Below, one piece after another: positions 29,927-40,300 of a DNA stretch of 41,657 nt; positions within the stretch are counted from its first letter, which is position 1, and each line of letters starts with the position of its first letter. The notes under the pieces are model-generated. The model was not told the origin of the DNA and did no database searches. It was given only the letters and a program-made list of their open reading frames with translations. The position numbers were made by a program, and so were the translations under genes. The stretch lies in the NCBI RefSeq assembly GCF_003334315.1, contig NZ_QOWR01000044.1. One strand, written 5' to 3'. Origin of the DNA: Escherichia coli (GTDB lineage: Bacteria; Pseudomonadota; Gammaproteobacteria; Enterobacterales; Enterobacteriaceae).

Positions 29927-31213
29927 ATGAAACTCTACAATCTGAAAGATCACAATGAGCAGGTCAGCTTTGCGCAAGCCGTAACCCAGGGGTTGGGCAA
30001 AAATCAGGGGCTGTTTTTTCCGCACGACCTGCCGGAATTCAGCCTGACTGAAATTGATGAGATGCTGAAGCTGGATTTTGTCACCCGCAGTGCGAAGATC
30101 CTCTCGGCGTTTATTGGTGATGAAATCCCGCAGGAAATCCTGGAAGAGCGCGTGCGCGCGGCGTTTGCCTTCCCGGCTCCGGTCGCCAATGTTGAAAGCG
30201 ATGTCGGTTGTCTGGAATTGTTCCACGGGCCAACGCTGGCATTTAAAGATTTCGGCGGTCGCTTTATGGCACAAATGCTGACCCATATTGCGGGCGATAA
30301 GCCAGTGACCATTCTGACCGCGACCTCCGGTGATACCGGAGCGGCAGTGGCTCATGCTTTCTACGGTTTACCGAATGTGAAAGTGGTTATCCTCTATCCA
30401 CGAGGCAAAATCAGTCCACTGCAAGAAAAACTGTTCTGTACATTGGGCGGCAATATCGAAACTGTTGCCATCGACGGCGATTTCGATGCCTGTCAGGCGC
30501 TGGTGAAGCAGGCGTTTGATGATGAAGAGCTGAAAGTGGCGCTGGGGTTAAACTCAGCTAACTCGATTAACATCAGCCGTTTGCTGGCGCAGATTTGCTA
30601 CTACTTTGAAGCAGTTGCGCAGCTGCCGCAGGAAGCGCGCAACCAGCTGGTTGTCTCGGTGCCAAGCGGAAACTTCGGCGATTTGACGGCGGGTCTGCTG
30701 GCGAAGTCACTCGGTCTGCCGGTGAAACGTTTTATTGCTGCGACCAACGTGAACGATACCGTGCCACGTTTCCTGCACGACGGTCAGTGGTCACCCAAAG
30801 CGACTCAGGCGACGTTATCCAACGCGATGGACGTGAGTCAGCCGAACAACTGGCCGCGTGTGGAAGAGTTGTTCCGCCGCAAAATCTGGCAACTGAAAGA
30901 GCTGGGTTATGCAGCCGTGGATGATGAAACCACGCAACAGACAATGCGTGAGTTAAAAGAACTGGGCTACACCTCGGAGCCGCACGCTGCCGTAGCGTAT
31001 CGTGCGCTGCGTGACCAGTTGAATCCAGGCGAATATGGCTTGTTCCTCGGCACCGCGCATCCGGCGAAATTTAAAGAGAGCGTGGAAGCGATTCTCGGTG
31101 AAACGTTGGATCTGCCAAAAGAGCTGGCAGAACGTGCTGATTTACCCTTGCTTTCACATAATCTGCCCGCCGATTTTGCTGCGTTGCGTAAATTGATGAT
31201 GAATCATCAGTAA
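29927..31213 (+). CDS. thrC: Threonine synthase
   Basis: 428 aa starting MKLYNLKDHNEQVSFAQAVTQGLGKNQGLFFP, with the PLP-lysine region PTLAFKDFG. It starts immediately after the thrB stop. Confidence 0.98.
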   Translation: MKLYNLKDHNEQVSFAQAVTQGLGKNQGLFFPHDLPEFSLTEIDEMLKLDFVTRSAKILSAFIGDEIPQEILEERVRAAFAFPAPVANVESDVGCLELFHGPTLAFKDFGGRFMAQMLTHIAGDKPVTILTATSGDTGAAVAHAFYGLPNVKVVILYPRGKISPLQEKLFCTLGGNIETVAIDGDFDACQALVKQAFDDEELKVALGLNSANSINISRLLAQICYYFEAVAQLPQEARNQLVVSVPSGNFGDLTAGLLAKSLGLPVKRFIAATNVNDTVPRFLHDGQWSPKATQATLSNAMDVSQPNNWPRVEELFRRKIWQLKELGYAAVDDETTQQTMRELKELGYTSEPHAAVAYRALRDQLNPGEYGLFLGTAHPAKFKESVEAILGETLDLPKELAERADLPLLSHNLPADFAALRKLMMNHQ

Positions 31214-31236
31214 AATCTATTCATTATCTCAATCAG

Positions 31237-31269
31237 GCCGGGTTTGCTTTTATGCAGCCCGGCTTTTTT
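31237..31269 (+). terminator. thr operon terminator
   Basis: Stem GCCGGGTT (31237-31244) pairs with AGCCCGGC (31256-31263), followed by a T6 run. Confidence 0.85.
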
Positions 31270-31426
31270 GTGAAGAAAATATGGAGAGAAACGACAGGGA
31301 AAAAGGAGAAATTCTCAATAAATGCGGTAACTTAGAGATTAGGATTGCGGAGAATAACAACCGCCGTTCTCATCGCGTAATCTCCGGATATCGACCCATA
31401 ACGGGCAATGATAAAAGGAGTAACCT

Positions 31427-31723
31427 GTGAAAAAGATGCAATCTATCGTACTCGCACTTTCCCTGGTTCTGGTCGCTCCCATGGCAGCACAGGCTGCGGA
31501 AATTACGTTAGTCCCGTCAGTAAAATTACAGATAGGCGATCGTGATAATCGTGGCTATTACTGGGATGGAGGTCACTGGCGCGACCACGGCTGGTGGAAA
31601 CAACATTATGAATGGCGAGGCAATCGCTGGCACCCACACGGACCGCCGCCACCGCCGCGCCACCATAAGAAAGCTCCTCATGATCATCACGGCGGTCATG
31701 GTCCAGGCAAACATCACCGCTAA
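31427..31723 (+). CDS. yaaX: Exported His/Trp/Pro-rich small protein YaaX (DUF2502), GTG start
   Basis: 98 aa with signal peptide [23 protein letters not shown] and a mature part rich in H, W, G, R and P, including [34 protein letters not shown] lies 6 nt upstream of the GTG. Confidence 0.85.
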   Translation: MKKMQSIVLALSLVLVAPMAAQAAEITLVPSVKLQIGDRDNRGYYWDGGHWRDHGWWKQHYEWRGNRWHPHGPPPPPRHHKKAPHDHHGGHGPGKHHR

Positions 31724-31757
31724 ATGACAAATGCCGGGTAACAATCCGGCATTCAGC

Positions 31758-31863
31758 GCCTGATGCGACGCTGGCGCGTCTTATCAGGCCTACGTGAATT
31801 CTGCAATATATTGAATCTGCATGCTTTTGTAGGCCGGATAAGGCGTTCACGCCGCATCCGGCA
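31758..31863. repeat. BIME (two inverted REPs) between yaaX and yaaA
   Basis: GCCTGATGCGACGCTGGCGCGTCTTATCAGGCCTAC (31758-31793) and GTAGGCCGGATAAGGCGTTCACGCCGCATCCGGCA (31829-31863). Confidence 0.9.
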
Positions 31864-31875
31864 TTGACTGCAAAC

Positions 31876-32652
31876 TTAACGCTGCTCGTAGCGTTTAAAC
31901 ACCAGTTCGCCATTGCTGGAGGAAGCTTCATCAAAGAAGTAACCTTCGCTATTAAAACCAGTCAGTTGCTCTGGTTTGGTCAGCCGATTTTCAATAATAA
32001 AACGACTCATCAGACCGCGTGCTTTCTTAGCGTAGAAGCTGATTATCTTAAATTTGCCGTTCTTCTCATCGAGGAACACCGGCTTGATAATCTCGGCATT
32101 CAATTTCTTCGGCTTCACCGATTTAAAATACTCATCTGACGCCAGATTAATCACCACATTATCGCCTTGTGCTGCGAGCGCCTCGTTCAGCTTGTTGGTG
32201 ATGATATCTCCCCAGAATTGATACAGATCTTTCCCTCGGGCATTCTCAAGACGGATCCCCATTTCCAGACGATAAGGCTGCATTAAATCGAGCGGGCGCA
32301 GTACGCCATACAAGCCGGAAAGCATTCGCAAATGCTGTTGGGCAAAATCGAAATCGTCTTCGCTGAAGGTTTCGGCCTGCAAGCCGGTGTAGACATCACC
32401 TTTAAACGCCAGAATCGCCTGGCGGGCATTCTCCGGCGTGAAATCTGGCTGCCAGTCATGAAAGCGAGCGGCGTTGATACCCGCCAGTTTGTCGCTGATG
32501 CGCATCAGCGTGCTAATCTGCGGAGGCGTCAGTTTCCGCGCTTCATGGATCAACTGCTGGGAATTGTCTAACAGCTCCGGCAGCGTATAGCGCGTGGTGG
32601 TCAACGGGCTTTGGTAATCAAGCGTTTTCGCAGGTGAAATAAGAATCAGCAT
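31876..32652 (-). CDS. yaaA: Peroxide stress resistance protein YaaA (DUF328)
   Basis: 258 aa starting [28 protein letters not shown]. Recognised as YaaA. Confidence 0.95.
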   Translation of the reverse strand: MLILISPAKTLDYQSPLTTTRYTLPELLDNSQQLIHEARKLTPPQISTLMRISDKLAGINAARFHDWQPDFTPENARQAILAFKGDVYTGLQAETFSEDDFDFAQQHLRMLSGLYGVLRPLDLMQPYRLEMGIRLENARGKDLYQFWGDIITNKLNEALAAQGDNVVINLASDEYFKSVKPKKLNAEIIKPVFLDEKNGKFKIISFYAKKARGLMSRFIIENRLTKPEQLTGFNSEGYFFDEASSSNGELVFKRYEQR

Positions 32653-32721
32653 ATCCAGTCCTTGCAGGAAATTTATGCCGACTTTAGCAAAAAAAGAGAA
32701 TGAGTTGATCGATAGTTGTGA

Positions 32722-34152
32722 TTACTCCTGCGAAACATCATCCCACGCGTCCGGAGAAAGCTGGCGACCGATATCCGGATAACGCAACGGATCAAACACC
32801 GGGCGCACGCCGAGTTTACGCTGGCGTAGATAATCACTGGCAATGGTATGAACCACAGGCGAGAGCAGTAAAATGGCGGTCAAATTGGTAATAGCCATGC
32901 AGGCCATTATGATATCTGCCAGTTGCCACATCAGCGGAAGACTTAGCAAGGTGCCGCCGATGACCGTTGCGAAGGTGCAGATCCGCAAACACCAGATCGC
33001 TTTAGGGTTGTTCAGGCGTAAAAAGAAGAGATTGTTTTCGGCGTAAATGTAGTTGGCAACGATGGAGCTGAAGGCAAACAGAATAACCACGAGGGTAACA
33101 AACTCAGCACCCCAGGAACCCATTAGCACCCGCATCGCCTTCTGGATAAGCTGAATACCTTCCAGCGGCATGTAGGTTGTGCCGTTACCCGCCAGTAATA
33201 TCAGCATGGCGCTTGCCGTACAGATGACCAGGGTGTCGATAAAAATGCCAATCATCTGGACAATCCCTTGCGCTGCCGGATGCGGAGGCCAGGACGCCGC
33301 TGCCGCTGCCGCGTTTGGCGTCGACCCCATTCCCGCCTCATTGGAAAACATACTGCGCTGAAAACCGTTAGTAATCGCCTGGCTTAAGGTATATCCCGCC
33401 GCGCCGCCTGCCGCTTCCTGCCAGCCAAAAGCACTCTCAAAAATAGACCAAATGACGTGGGGAAGTTGCCCGATATTCATTACGCAAATCACCAGGCTGG
33501 TCAGTACCCAGATTATCGCCATCAACGGGACAAACCCCTGCATGAGCCGGGCGACGCCATGAAGACCGCGAGTGATCGCCAGCAGAGCAAAGACAGCGAG
33601 AATAATACCTGTCACCAGCGGGGGAAAATCAAAAGAAAAACTCAGGGCTCGCGCAACGGCGTTCGCCTGAATTCCGCTGAAAATTATGCCGTAGGCGATG
33701 AGCAAAAAGACGGCGAACAGAACGCCCATCCAGCGCATCCCCAGCCCGCGCGCCATATACCATGCCGGTCCGCCACGAAACTGCCCATTGGCATCACGTT
33801 CTTTATAAAGCTGTGCGAGGGAACATTCGGCAAACGAGGTCGCCATGCCGATAAACGCGGCAACCCACATCCAGAAGACGGCTCCAGGTCCACCGGCGGT
33901 AATTGCCAGCGCAACGCCGGCCAGGTTGCCGCTACCCACGCGCGCCGCAAGACTGGTACACAATGACTGAAATGAGGTTAAACCGCCTGGCTGTGGATGA
34001 ATGCTATTTTTAAGACTTTTGCCAAACTGGCGGATGTAGCGAAACTGCACAAATCCGGTGCGAAAAGTGAACCAACAACCTGCGCCGAAGAGCAGGTAAA
34101 TCATTACCGATCCCCAAAGGACGCTGTTAATAAAGGAGAAAAAATCTGGCAT
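32722..34152 (-). CDS. yaaJ: Alanine/glycine:cation symporter (AGCS) family transporter
   Basis: 476-aa polytopic membrane protein starting MPDFFSFINSVLWGSVMIYLLFGAGCWFTFRTGFVQFRY. Recognised as YaaJ. Confidence 0.95.
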   Translation of the reverse strand: MPDFFSFINSVLWGSVMIYLLFGAGCWFTFRTGFVQFRYIRQFGKSLKNSIHPQPGGLTSFQSLCTSLAARVGSGNLAGVALAITAGGPGAVFWMWVAAFIGMATSFAECSLAQLYKERDANGQFRGGPAWYMARGLGMRWMGVLFAVFLLIAYGIIFSGIQANAVARALSFSFDFPPLVTGIILAVFALLAITRGLHGVARLMQGFVPLMAIIWVLTSLVICVMNIGQLPHVIWSIFESAFGWQEAAGGAAGYTLSQAITNGFQRSMFSNEAGMGSTPNAAAAAASWPPHPAAQGIVQMIGIFIDTLVICTASAMLILLAGNGTTYMPLEGIQLIQKAMRVLMGSWGAEFVTLVVILFAFSSIVANYIYAENNLFFLRLNNPKAIWCLRICTFATVIGGTLLSLPLMWQLADIIMACMAITNLTAILLLSPVVHTIASDYLRQRKLGVRPVFDPLRYPDIGRQLSPDAWDDVSQE

Positions 34153-34430
34153 GCATATCCCTCTTATTGCCGGTCGCGATGACTTTCTTGTGTAAACGTT
34201 ACCAATTGTTTAAGAAGTAAATACGCTACGAGGTACTTGATAACTTCTGCGTAGCATACATGAGGTTTTGTATAAAAATGGCGGGCGATATCAACGCAGT
34301 GTCAGAAATCCGAAACAGTCTCGCCTGGCGATAACCGTCTTGTCGGCGGTTGCGCTGACGTTGCGTCGTGATATCATCAGGGCAGACCGGTTACATCCCC
34401 CTAACAAGCTGTTTAAAGAGAAATACTATC

Positions 34431-35384
34431 ATGACGGACAAATTGACCTCCCTTCGTCAGTACACCACCGTAGTGGCCGACACTGGGGACATCGCGGCAA
34501 TGAAGCTGTATCAACCGCAGGATGCCACAACCAACCCTTCTCTCATTCTTAACGCAGCGCAGATTCCGGAATACCGTAAGTTGATTGATGATGCTGTCGC
34601 CTGGGCGAAACAGCAGAGCAACGATCGCGCGCAGCAGATCGTGGACGCGACCGACAAACTGGCAGTAAATATTGGTCTGGAAATCCTGAAACTGGTTCCG
34701 GGCCGTATCTCAACTGAAGTTGATGCGCGTCTTTCCTATGACACCGAAGCGTCAATTGCGAAAGCAAAACGCCTGATCAAACTCTACAACGATGCTGGTA
34801 TTAGCAACGATCGTATTCTGATCAAACTGGCTTCTACCTGGCAGGGTATCCGTGCTGCAGAACAGCTGGAAAAAGAAGGCATCAACTGTAACCTGACCCT
34901 GCTGTTCTCCTTCGCTCAGGCTCGTGCTTGTGCGGAAGCGGGCGTGTTCCTGATCTCGCCGTTTGTTGGCCGTATTCTTGACTGGTACAAAGCGAATACC
35001 GATAAGAAAGAGTACGCTCCGGCAGAAGATCCGGGCGTGGTTTCTGTATCTGAAATCTACCAGTACTACAAAGAGCACGGTTATGAAACCGTGGTTATGG
35101 GCGCAAGCTTCCGTAACATCGGCGAAATTCTGGAACTGGCAGGCTGCGACCGTCTTACCATCGCACCTACACTGCTGAAAGAGCTGGCTGAGAGCGAAGG
35201 GGCTATCGAACGTAAACTGTCTTACACCGGCGAAGTGAAAGCGCGTCCGGCGCGTATCACTGAGTCCGAGTTCCTGTGGCAGCACAACCAGGATCCAATG
35301 GCAGTAGATAAACTGGCGGAAGGTATCCGTAAGTTTGCTATTGACCAGGAAAAACTGGAAAAAATGATCGGCGATCTGCTGTAA
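34431..35384 (+). CDS. talB: Transaldolase B
   Basis: 317 aa starting [40 protein letters not shown], with the Schiff-base lysine region RILIKLAST. The ORF-track start at 34368 is an over-extension. Confidence 0.98.
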   Translation: MTDKLTSLRQYTTVVADTGDIAAMKLYQPQDATTNPSLILNAAQIPEYRKLIDDAVAWAKQQSNDRAQQIVDATDKLAVNIGLEILKLVPGRISTEVDARLSYDTEASIAKAKRLIKLYNDAGISNDRILIKLASTWQGIRAAEQLEKEGINCNLTLLFSFAQARACAEAGVFLISPFVGRILDWYKANTDKKEYAPAEDPGVVSVSEIYQYYKEHGYETVVMGASFRNIGEILELAGCDRLTIAPTLLKELAESEGAIERKLSYTGEVKARPARITESEFLWQHNQDPMAVDKLAEGIRKFAIDQEKLEKMIGDLL

Positions 35385-35392
35385 TCATTCTT

Positions 35393-35418
35393 AGCGTGAC
35401 CGGGAAGTCGGTCACGCT
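35393..35418 (+). terminator. Stem-loop downstream of talB (possible terminator or RNA-stabilising hairpin)
   Basis: Perfect 10-bp inverted repeat AGCGTGACCG (35393-35402) and CGGTCACGCT (35409-35418). No U-tract follows, so terminator function is uncertain. Confidence 0.35.
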
Positions 35419-35498
35419 ACCTCTTCTGAAGCCTGTCTGTCACTCCCTTCGCAGTGTATCATTCTGTTTAACGAGACTGTTTAAACGGAAAAATCTTG

Positions 35499-36086
35499 AT
35501 GAATACTTTACGTATTGGCTTAGTTTCCATCTCTGATCGCGCATCCAGCGGCGTTTATCAGGATAAAGGCATCCCTGCGCTGGAAGAATGGCTGACATCG
35601 GCGCTAACCACGCCGTTTGAACTGGAAACCCGCTTAATCCCCGATGAGCAGGCGATCATCGAGCAAACGTTGTGTGAGCTAGTGGATGAAATGAGTTGCC
35701 ATCTGGTGCTCACCACGGGCGGAACTGGCCCGGCGCGTCGTGACGTAACGCCCGATGCGACGCTGGCAGTAGCGGACCGCGAGATGCCTGGCTTTGGTGA
35801 ACAGATGCGCCAGATAAGCCTGCATTTTGTACCAACTGCGATCCTTTCGCGTCAGGTTGGTGTGATTCGCAAACAGGCGCTGATCCTTAACTTACCCGGT
35901 CAGCCGAAGTCTATTAAAGAGACGCTGGAAGGTGTGAAGGACGCTGCGGGTAACGTTGTGGTACACGGTATTTTTGCCAGCGTACCGTACTGCATTCAGT
36001 TGCTGGAAGGGCCATACGTTGAAACGGCACCAGAAGTGGTTGCTGCATTCAGACCGAAGAGTGCAAGACGCGACGTTAGCGAATAA
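35499..36086 (+). CDS. mog: Molybdopterin adenylyltransferase Mog
   Basis: 195 aa starting MNTLRIGLVSISDRASSGVYQDKGIPALEEWL, containing LVLTTGGTGPARRD. Confidence 0.96.
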   Translation: MNTLRIGLVSISDRASSGVYQDKGIPALEEWLTSALTTPFELETRLIPDEQAIIEQTLCELVDEMSCHLVLTTGGTGPARRDVTPDATLAVADREMPGFGEQMRQISLHFVPTAILSRQVGVIRKQALILNLPGQPKSIKETLEGVKDAAGNVVVHGIFASVPYCIQLLEGPYVETAPEVVAAFRPKSARRDVSE

Positions 36087-36090
36087 AAAA

Positions 36091-36110
36091 ATCCCCCCGA
36101 GCGGGGGGAT
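36091..36110 (-). terminator. Intrinsic terminator for satP in the mog-satP convergent gap
   Basis: GC-rich hairpin ATCCCCCCGAGCGGGGGGAT. On the minus strand it is followed by a T run (the A7 at 36084-36090). On the plus strand no T run follows. Confidence 0.75.
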
Positions 36111-36120
36111 CTCAAAACAA

Positions 36121-36687
36121 TTAGTGGGATTCACCAATCGGCAGAACGGTGCGACCAAACTGCTCGTTCAGTACTTCACCCATCGCCAGATAGATTGCAC
36201 TGGCACCACAGATCAGACCAATCCAGCCGGCAAAGTGGATGATTGCGGCGTTACCGGCAATGTTACCGATCGCCAGCAGGGCAAACAGCACAGTCAGGCT
36301 AAAGAAAACGAATTGCAGAACGCGTGCGCCTTTCAGCGTGCCGAAGAACATAAACAGCGTAAATACGCCCCACAGACCCAGGTAGACACCAAGGAACTGT
36401 GCATTTGGCGCATCGGTCAGACCCAGTTTCGGCATCAGCAGAATCGCAACCAACGTCAGCCAGAAAGAACCGTAAGAGGTGAATGCGGTTAAACCGAAAG
36501 TGTTGCCTTTTTTGTACTCCAGCAGACCGGCAAAAATTTGCGCGATGCCGCCGTAGAAAATGCCCATGGCAAGAATAATACCGTCCAGAGCGAAATAACC
36601 CACGTTGTGCAGGTTAAGCAGAATGGTGGTCATGCCGAAGCCCATCAGGCCCAGCGGTGCCGGATTAGCCAACTTAGTGTTGCCCAT
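36121..36687 (-). CDS. satP: Succinate-acetate/proton symporter SatP (GPR1/FUN34/YaaH family)
   Basis: 188 aa starting MGNTKLANPAPLGLMGFGMTTILLNLHN, with six predicted transmembrane segments. Confidence 0.96.
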   Translation of the reverse strand: MGNTKLANPAPLGLMGFGMTTILLNLHNVGYFALDGIILAMGIFYGGIAQIFAGLLEYKKGNTFGLTAFTSYGSFWLTLVAILLMPKLGLTDAPNAQFLGVYLGLWGVFTLFMFFGTLKGARVLQFVFFSLTVLFALLAIGNIAGNAAIIHFAGWIGLICGASAIYLAMGEVLNEQFGRTVLPIGESH

Positions 36688-36835
36688 AATTCCTCAAAAA
36701 TCATCATCGAATGAATGGTGAAATAATTTCCCTGAATAACAGTAGTGTTTTCAGGGCGCGGCATAATAATCAGCCAGTGGGGCAGTGTCTACGATCTTTT
36801 GAGGGGAAAATGAAAATTTTCCCCGGTTTACGGTG

Positions 36836-37549
36836 TCAGACCTGAGTGGCGCTAACCATCCGGCGCAGGCAGGCGATTTGCAGTACGGCTGGAATTGTCA
36901 CGCGATAGGCACTGCCGCTGACCGCTTTAACCCCATTTAATGCTGCGCCCACAGGGCCTCCCAGACCCGCGCCGCGCAGCAAACCATGCCCAAGCACGCT
37001 CATTGCTGCGTGGGTGCGTAAAATGCGGGTCAATTGGCTGGAAAGCAAATGCGACACGCCTTTTGCCAATAATTTGTCTTTCATCAGCAGCGGCAGCAGC
37101 TCTTCCAGCTCATTCACCCTGGCATCGATCGCGTGCAGAAACTCCTGCTTATGTTCCTCGTCCATATTCTTCCAGGTGTTACGTAGAAATTGTTCCAGTA
37201 ACTGTTGCTCAATCTCAAACGTAGACATCTCTTTGTCGGCTTTCAGCTTCAATCGTTTTGAAACATCGAGCAAAATGGCCCGATACAATTTACCGTGTCC
37301 GCGCAGTTTGTTGGCGATACTATCGCCACCAAAATGCTGTAATTCTCCAGCAATCAGCTGCCAGTTGCGGCGATGTTGCTCGGGATGCCCTTCCATCGAT
37401 TTAAACAGTTCGTTGCGCATCAGTACGCTGGAGAGGCGAGTTTTGCCTTTTTCATTATGGGTGAGCAATCGGGCGAAATTTGCCAACTGTTCCTCACTGC
37501 AATGCTGGAGAAAATCCAGATCTGAATCATTCAGGTAATTAACATTCAT
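36836..37549 (-). CDS. yaaW: UPF0174 family protein YaaW (unknown function)
   Basis: 237 aa starting MNVNYLNDSDLDFLQHCSEEQLANFARLLTHNEKGKTRLSSVL. Recognised as YaaW. Confidence 0.92.
   Translation of the reverse strand: MNVNYLNDSDLDFLQHCSEEQLANFARLLTHNEKGKTRLSSVLMRNELFKSMEGHPEQHRRNWQLIAGELQHFGGDSIANKLRGHGKLYRAILLDVSKRLKLKADKEMSTFEIEQQLLEQFLRNTWKNMDEEHKQEFLHAIDARVNELEELLPLLMKDKLLAKGVSHLLSSQLTRILRTHAAMSVLGHGLLRGAGLGGPVGAALNGVKAVSGSAYRVTIPAVLQIACLRRMVSATQV
37014..37538 (+). CDS. mbiA: Candidate overprinted antisense gene mbiA (htgA), lying entirely within yaaW
   Basis: 174-codon Ser/Cys-rich ORF antisense to yaaW and offset from the yaaW codon grid (37014-36836 = 178, not a multiple of 3). From memory, the K-12 annotation starts at the second ATG (37023 here). 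Its coding status is debated in the literature. Confidence 0.3.
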   Translation: MRKMRVNWLESKCDTPFANNLSFISSGSSSSSSFTLASIACRNSCLCSSSIFFQVLRRNCSSNCCSISNVDISLSAFSFNRFETSSKMARYNLPCPRSLLAILSPPKCCNSPAISCQLRRCCSGCPSIDLNSSLRISTLERRVLPFSLWVSNRAKFANCSSLQCWRKSRSESFR

Positions 37550-37574
37550 TTTTTGTGGCTTCTATATTCTGGCG

Positions 37575-37979
37575 TTAGTCGTCGCCGATAATTTTCAGCG
37601 TGGCCATATCCGATGAGTTCACCGTATGACCGGAAAAGGTGATTTTTGAGACGCAGCGTTTATTGTCGTTATCGCTGTTAATGTTGATCCAGTCAGTGGT
37701 TTGCCCTTCTTTTATTTCTGAAGGAATATTCAGGCTCTGACTGGCGCTACGGGCGGCTTTGAAATAAACCGATGCACCGCTTAACTGTAAATCGCCATGG
37801 TCGGCAGAGAGTTGTATGCGTTTAACAATTCGGCAAACAGGAAGTTTCAACGCCAGATCGTTGGTTTCGTTACGCGGCATTGCAATGACGCCGAGGATTT
37901 TATGGTCGTTTGCCTGCGCCGTGCAGCACAGCATCAGACTAATCGCCAGGCTGGCGGAAATCGTAAAAACGGATTTCAT
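37575..37979 (-). CDS. yaaI: Exported protein YaaI (DUF2541, unknown function)
   Basis: 134 aa with signal peptide [23 protein letters not shown]. Recognised as YaaI. Confidence 0.92.
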
Positions 37980-38203
37980 AAGGATTCTCTTAGTGGGGAG
38001 AGGTAGGGGGATGGATACCCACTAGTTTACTGCTGATAAAGAGAAGATTCAGGTGCGTAATGTTTTCTTTTTATTACAATTTTTTGATGAATGTCTTGGC
38101 TGCGATTCATTCTTTATATGAATAAAATTGCTGTCAGTTTCACGTCTTGTCCTGCTATATCGCGAAATTTCTGCGCAAAAGCACAAAAAATTTTTGCATC
38201 TCC

Positions 38204-38234
38204 CCCTTGATGACGTGGGTTACGACCCCATTTA
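38204..38234 (+). promoter_or_regulatory. dnaK P1 heat-shock (sigma32) promoter
   Basis: CCCTTGATG (-35, with CTTGA at 38206) and CCCCATTTA (-10, 38226-38234) separated by a 13-nt spacer. This fits the sigma32 consensus CTTGAAA / CCCCATnT. Confidence 0.85.
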
Positions 38235-38281
38235 GTAGTCAACCGCAGTGAGTGAGTCTGCAAAAAAATGAAATTGGGCAG

Positions 38282-38307
38282 TTGAAACCAGACGTTTCGC
38301 CCCTATT
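38282..38307 (+). promoter_or_regulatory. dnaK P2 heat-shock (sigma32) promoter
   Basis: TTGAAA (38282-38287) and CCCCTATT (38300-38307). Confidence 0.75.
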
Positions 38308-38355
38308 ACAGACTCACAACCACATGATGACCGAATATATAGTGGAGACGTTTAG

Positions 38356-40272
38356 ATGGGTAAAATAATTGGTATCGACCTGGGTACTACCAACTCTTGT
38401 GTAGCGATTATGGATGGCACCACTCCTCGCGTGCTGGAGAACGCCGAAGGCGATCGCACCACGCCTTCTATCATTGCCTATACCCAGGATGGTGAAACTC
38501 TGGTTGGTCAGCCGGCTAAACGTCAGGCAGTGACGAACCCGCAAAACACCCTGTTTGCGATTAAACGCCTGATTGGCCGCCGCTTCCAGGACGAAGAAGT
38601 ACAGCGTGATGTTTCCATCATGCCGTTCAAAATTATTGCTGCTGATAACGGCGACGCATGGGTCGAAGTTAAAGGCCAGAAAATGGCACCGCCGCAGATC
38701 TCTGCTGAAGTGCTGAAAAAAATGAAGAAAACCGCTGAAGATTACTTGGGTGAACCGGTAACTGAAGCTGTTATCACCGTACCGGCATACTTTAACGATG
38801 CTCAGCGTCAGGCAACCAAAGACGCAGGCCGTATCGCTGGTCTGGAAGTAAAACGTATCATCAACGAACCGACCGCAGCTGCGCTGGCTTACGGTCTGGA
38901 CAAAGGTACTGGCAACCGTACTATCGCGGTTTATGACCTGGGTGGTGGTACTTTCGATATTTCTATTATCGAAATCGACGAAGTTGACGGCGAAAAAACC
39001 TTCGAAGTTCTGGCTACCAACGGTGATACCCACCTGGGTGGTGAAGACTTCGACAGCCGTCTGATCAACTACCTGGTTGAAGAATTCAAGAAAGATCAGG
39101 GCATTGACCTGCGCAACGATCCGCTGGCAATGCAGCGCCTGAAAGAAGCGGCAGAAAAAGCGAAAATCGAACTGTCTTCCGCTCAGCAGACCGACGTTAA
39201 CCTGCCGTACATCACTGCAGATGCGACCGGTCCGAAACACATGAACATCAAAGTGACTCGTGCGAAACTGGAAAGCCTGGTTGAAGATCTGGTAAACCGT
39301 TCCATTGAGCCGCTGAAAGTTGCACTGCAGGACGCTGGCCTGTCCGTATCTGATATCGACGACGTTATCCTCGTTGGTGGTCAGACTCGTATGCCAATGG
39401 TTCAGAAGAAAGTTGCTGAGTTCTTTGGTAAAGAGCCGCGTAAAGACGTTAACCCGGACGAAGCTGTAGCAATCGGTGCTGCTGTTCAGGGTGGTGTTCT
39501 GACTGGTGACGTGAAAGACGTACTGCTGCTGGACGTTACCCCGCTGTCTCTGGGTATCGAAACCATGGGCGGTGTGATGACGACGCTGATCGCGAAAAAC
39601 ACCACTATCCCGACCAAGCACAGCCAGGTGTTCTCTACCGCTGAAGACAACCAGTCTGCGGTAACCATCCATGTGCTGCAGGGTGAACGTAAACGTGCGG
39701 CTGATAACAAATCTCTGGGTCAGTTCAACCTGGATGGTATCAACCCGGCACCGCGCGGCATGCCGCAGATCGAAGTTACCTTCGATATCGATGCTGACGG
39801 TATCCTGCACGTTTCCGCGAAAGATAAAAACAGCGGTAAAGAGCAGAAGATCACCATCAAGGCTTCTTCTGGTCTGAACGAAGATGAAATCCAGAAAATG
39901 GTACGCGACGCAGAAGCTAACGCCGAAGCTGACCGTAAGTTTGAAGAGCTGGTACAGACTCGCAACCAGGGCGACCATCTGCTGCACAGCACCCGTAAGC
40001 AGGTTGAAGAAGCAGGCGACAAACTGCCGGCTGACGACAAAACTGCTATCGAGTCTGCACTGACTGCACTGGAAACTGCTCTGAAAGGTGAAGACAAAGC
40101 CGCTATCGAAGCGAAAATGCAGGAGCTGGCACAGGTTTCCCAGAAACTGATGGAAATCGCCCAGCAGCAACATGCCCAGCAGCAGACTGCCGGTGCTGAT
40201 GCTTCTGCAAACAACGCGAAAGATGACGATGTTGTCGACGCTGAATTTGAAGAAGTCAAAGACAAAAAATAA
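38356..40272 (+). CDS. dnaK: Hsp70 chaperone DnaK
   Basis: 638 aa starting [21 protein letters not shown], containing DLGGGTFD and ending EEVKDKK. GGAGA lies upstream of the start. Confidence 0.99.
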
Positions 40273-40300
40273 TCGCCCTATAAACGGGTAATTATACTGA

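Noticed and set aside
29705-30355. 216-aa minus-strand ORF spanning the thrB/thrC junction
   Set aside because: It is codon-aligned with both thrB (offset 711) and thrC (offset 222), so it is the same artefact class. The same applies to 691-1107 (yjjW), 7727-8251 (lplA), 13342-13872 and 14647-15162 (ettA), 19273-19659 (rob), 24171-24656 (arcA), 33457-33966 (yaaJ), 34752-35285 (talB), 35956-36492 (satP) and 40709-41119 (dnaJ). I checked all of these and each lies on the sense codon grid.
31731-31752. Hairpin ATGCCGG-N8-CCGGCAT just after the yaaX stop as a terminator
   Set aside because: No U-tract follows it, and the adjacent BIME is the more likely 3'-end-stabilising element. I left it uncalled.
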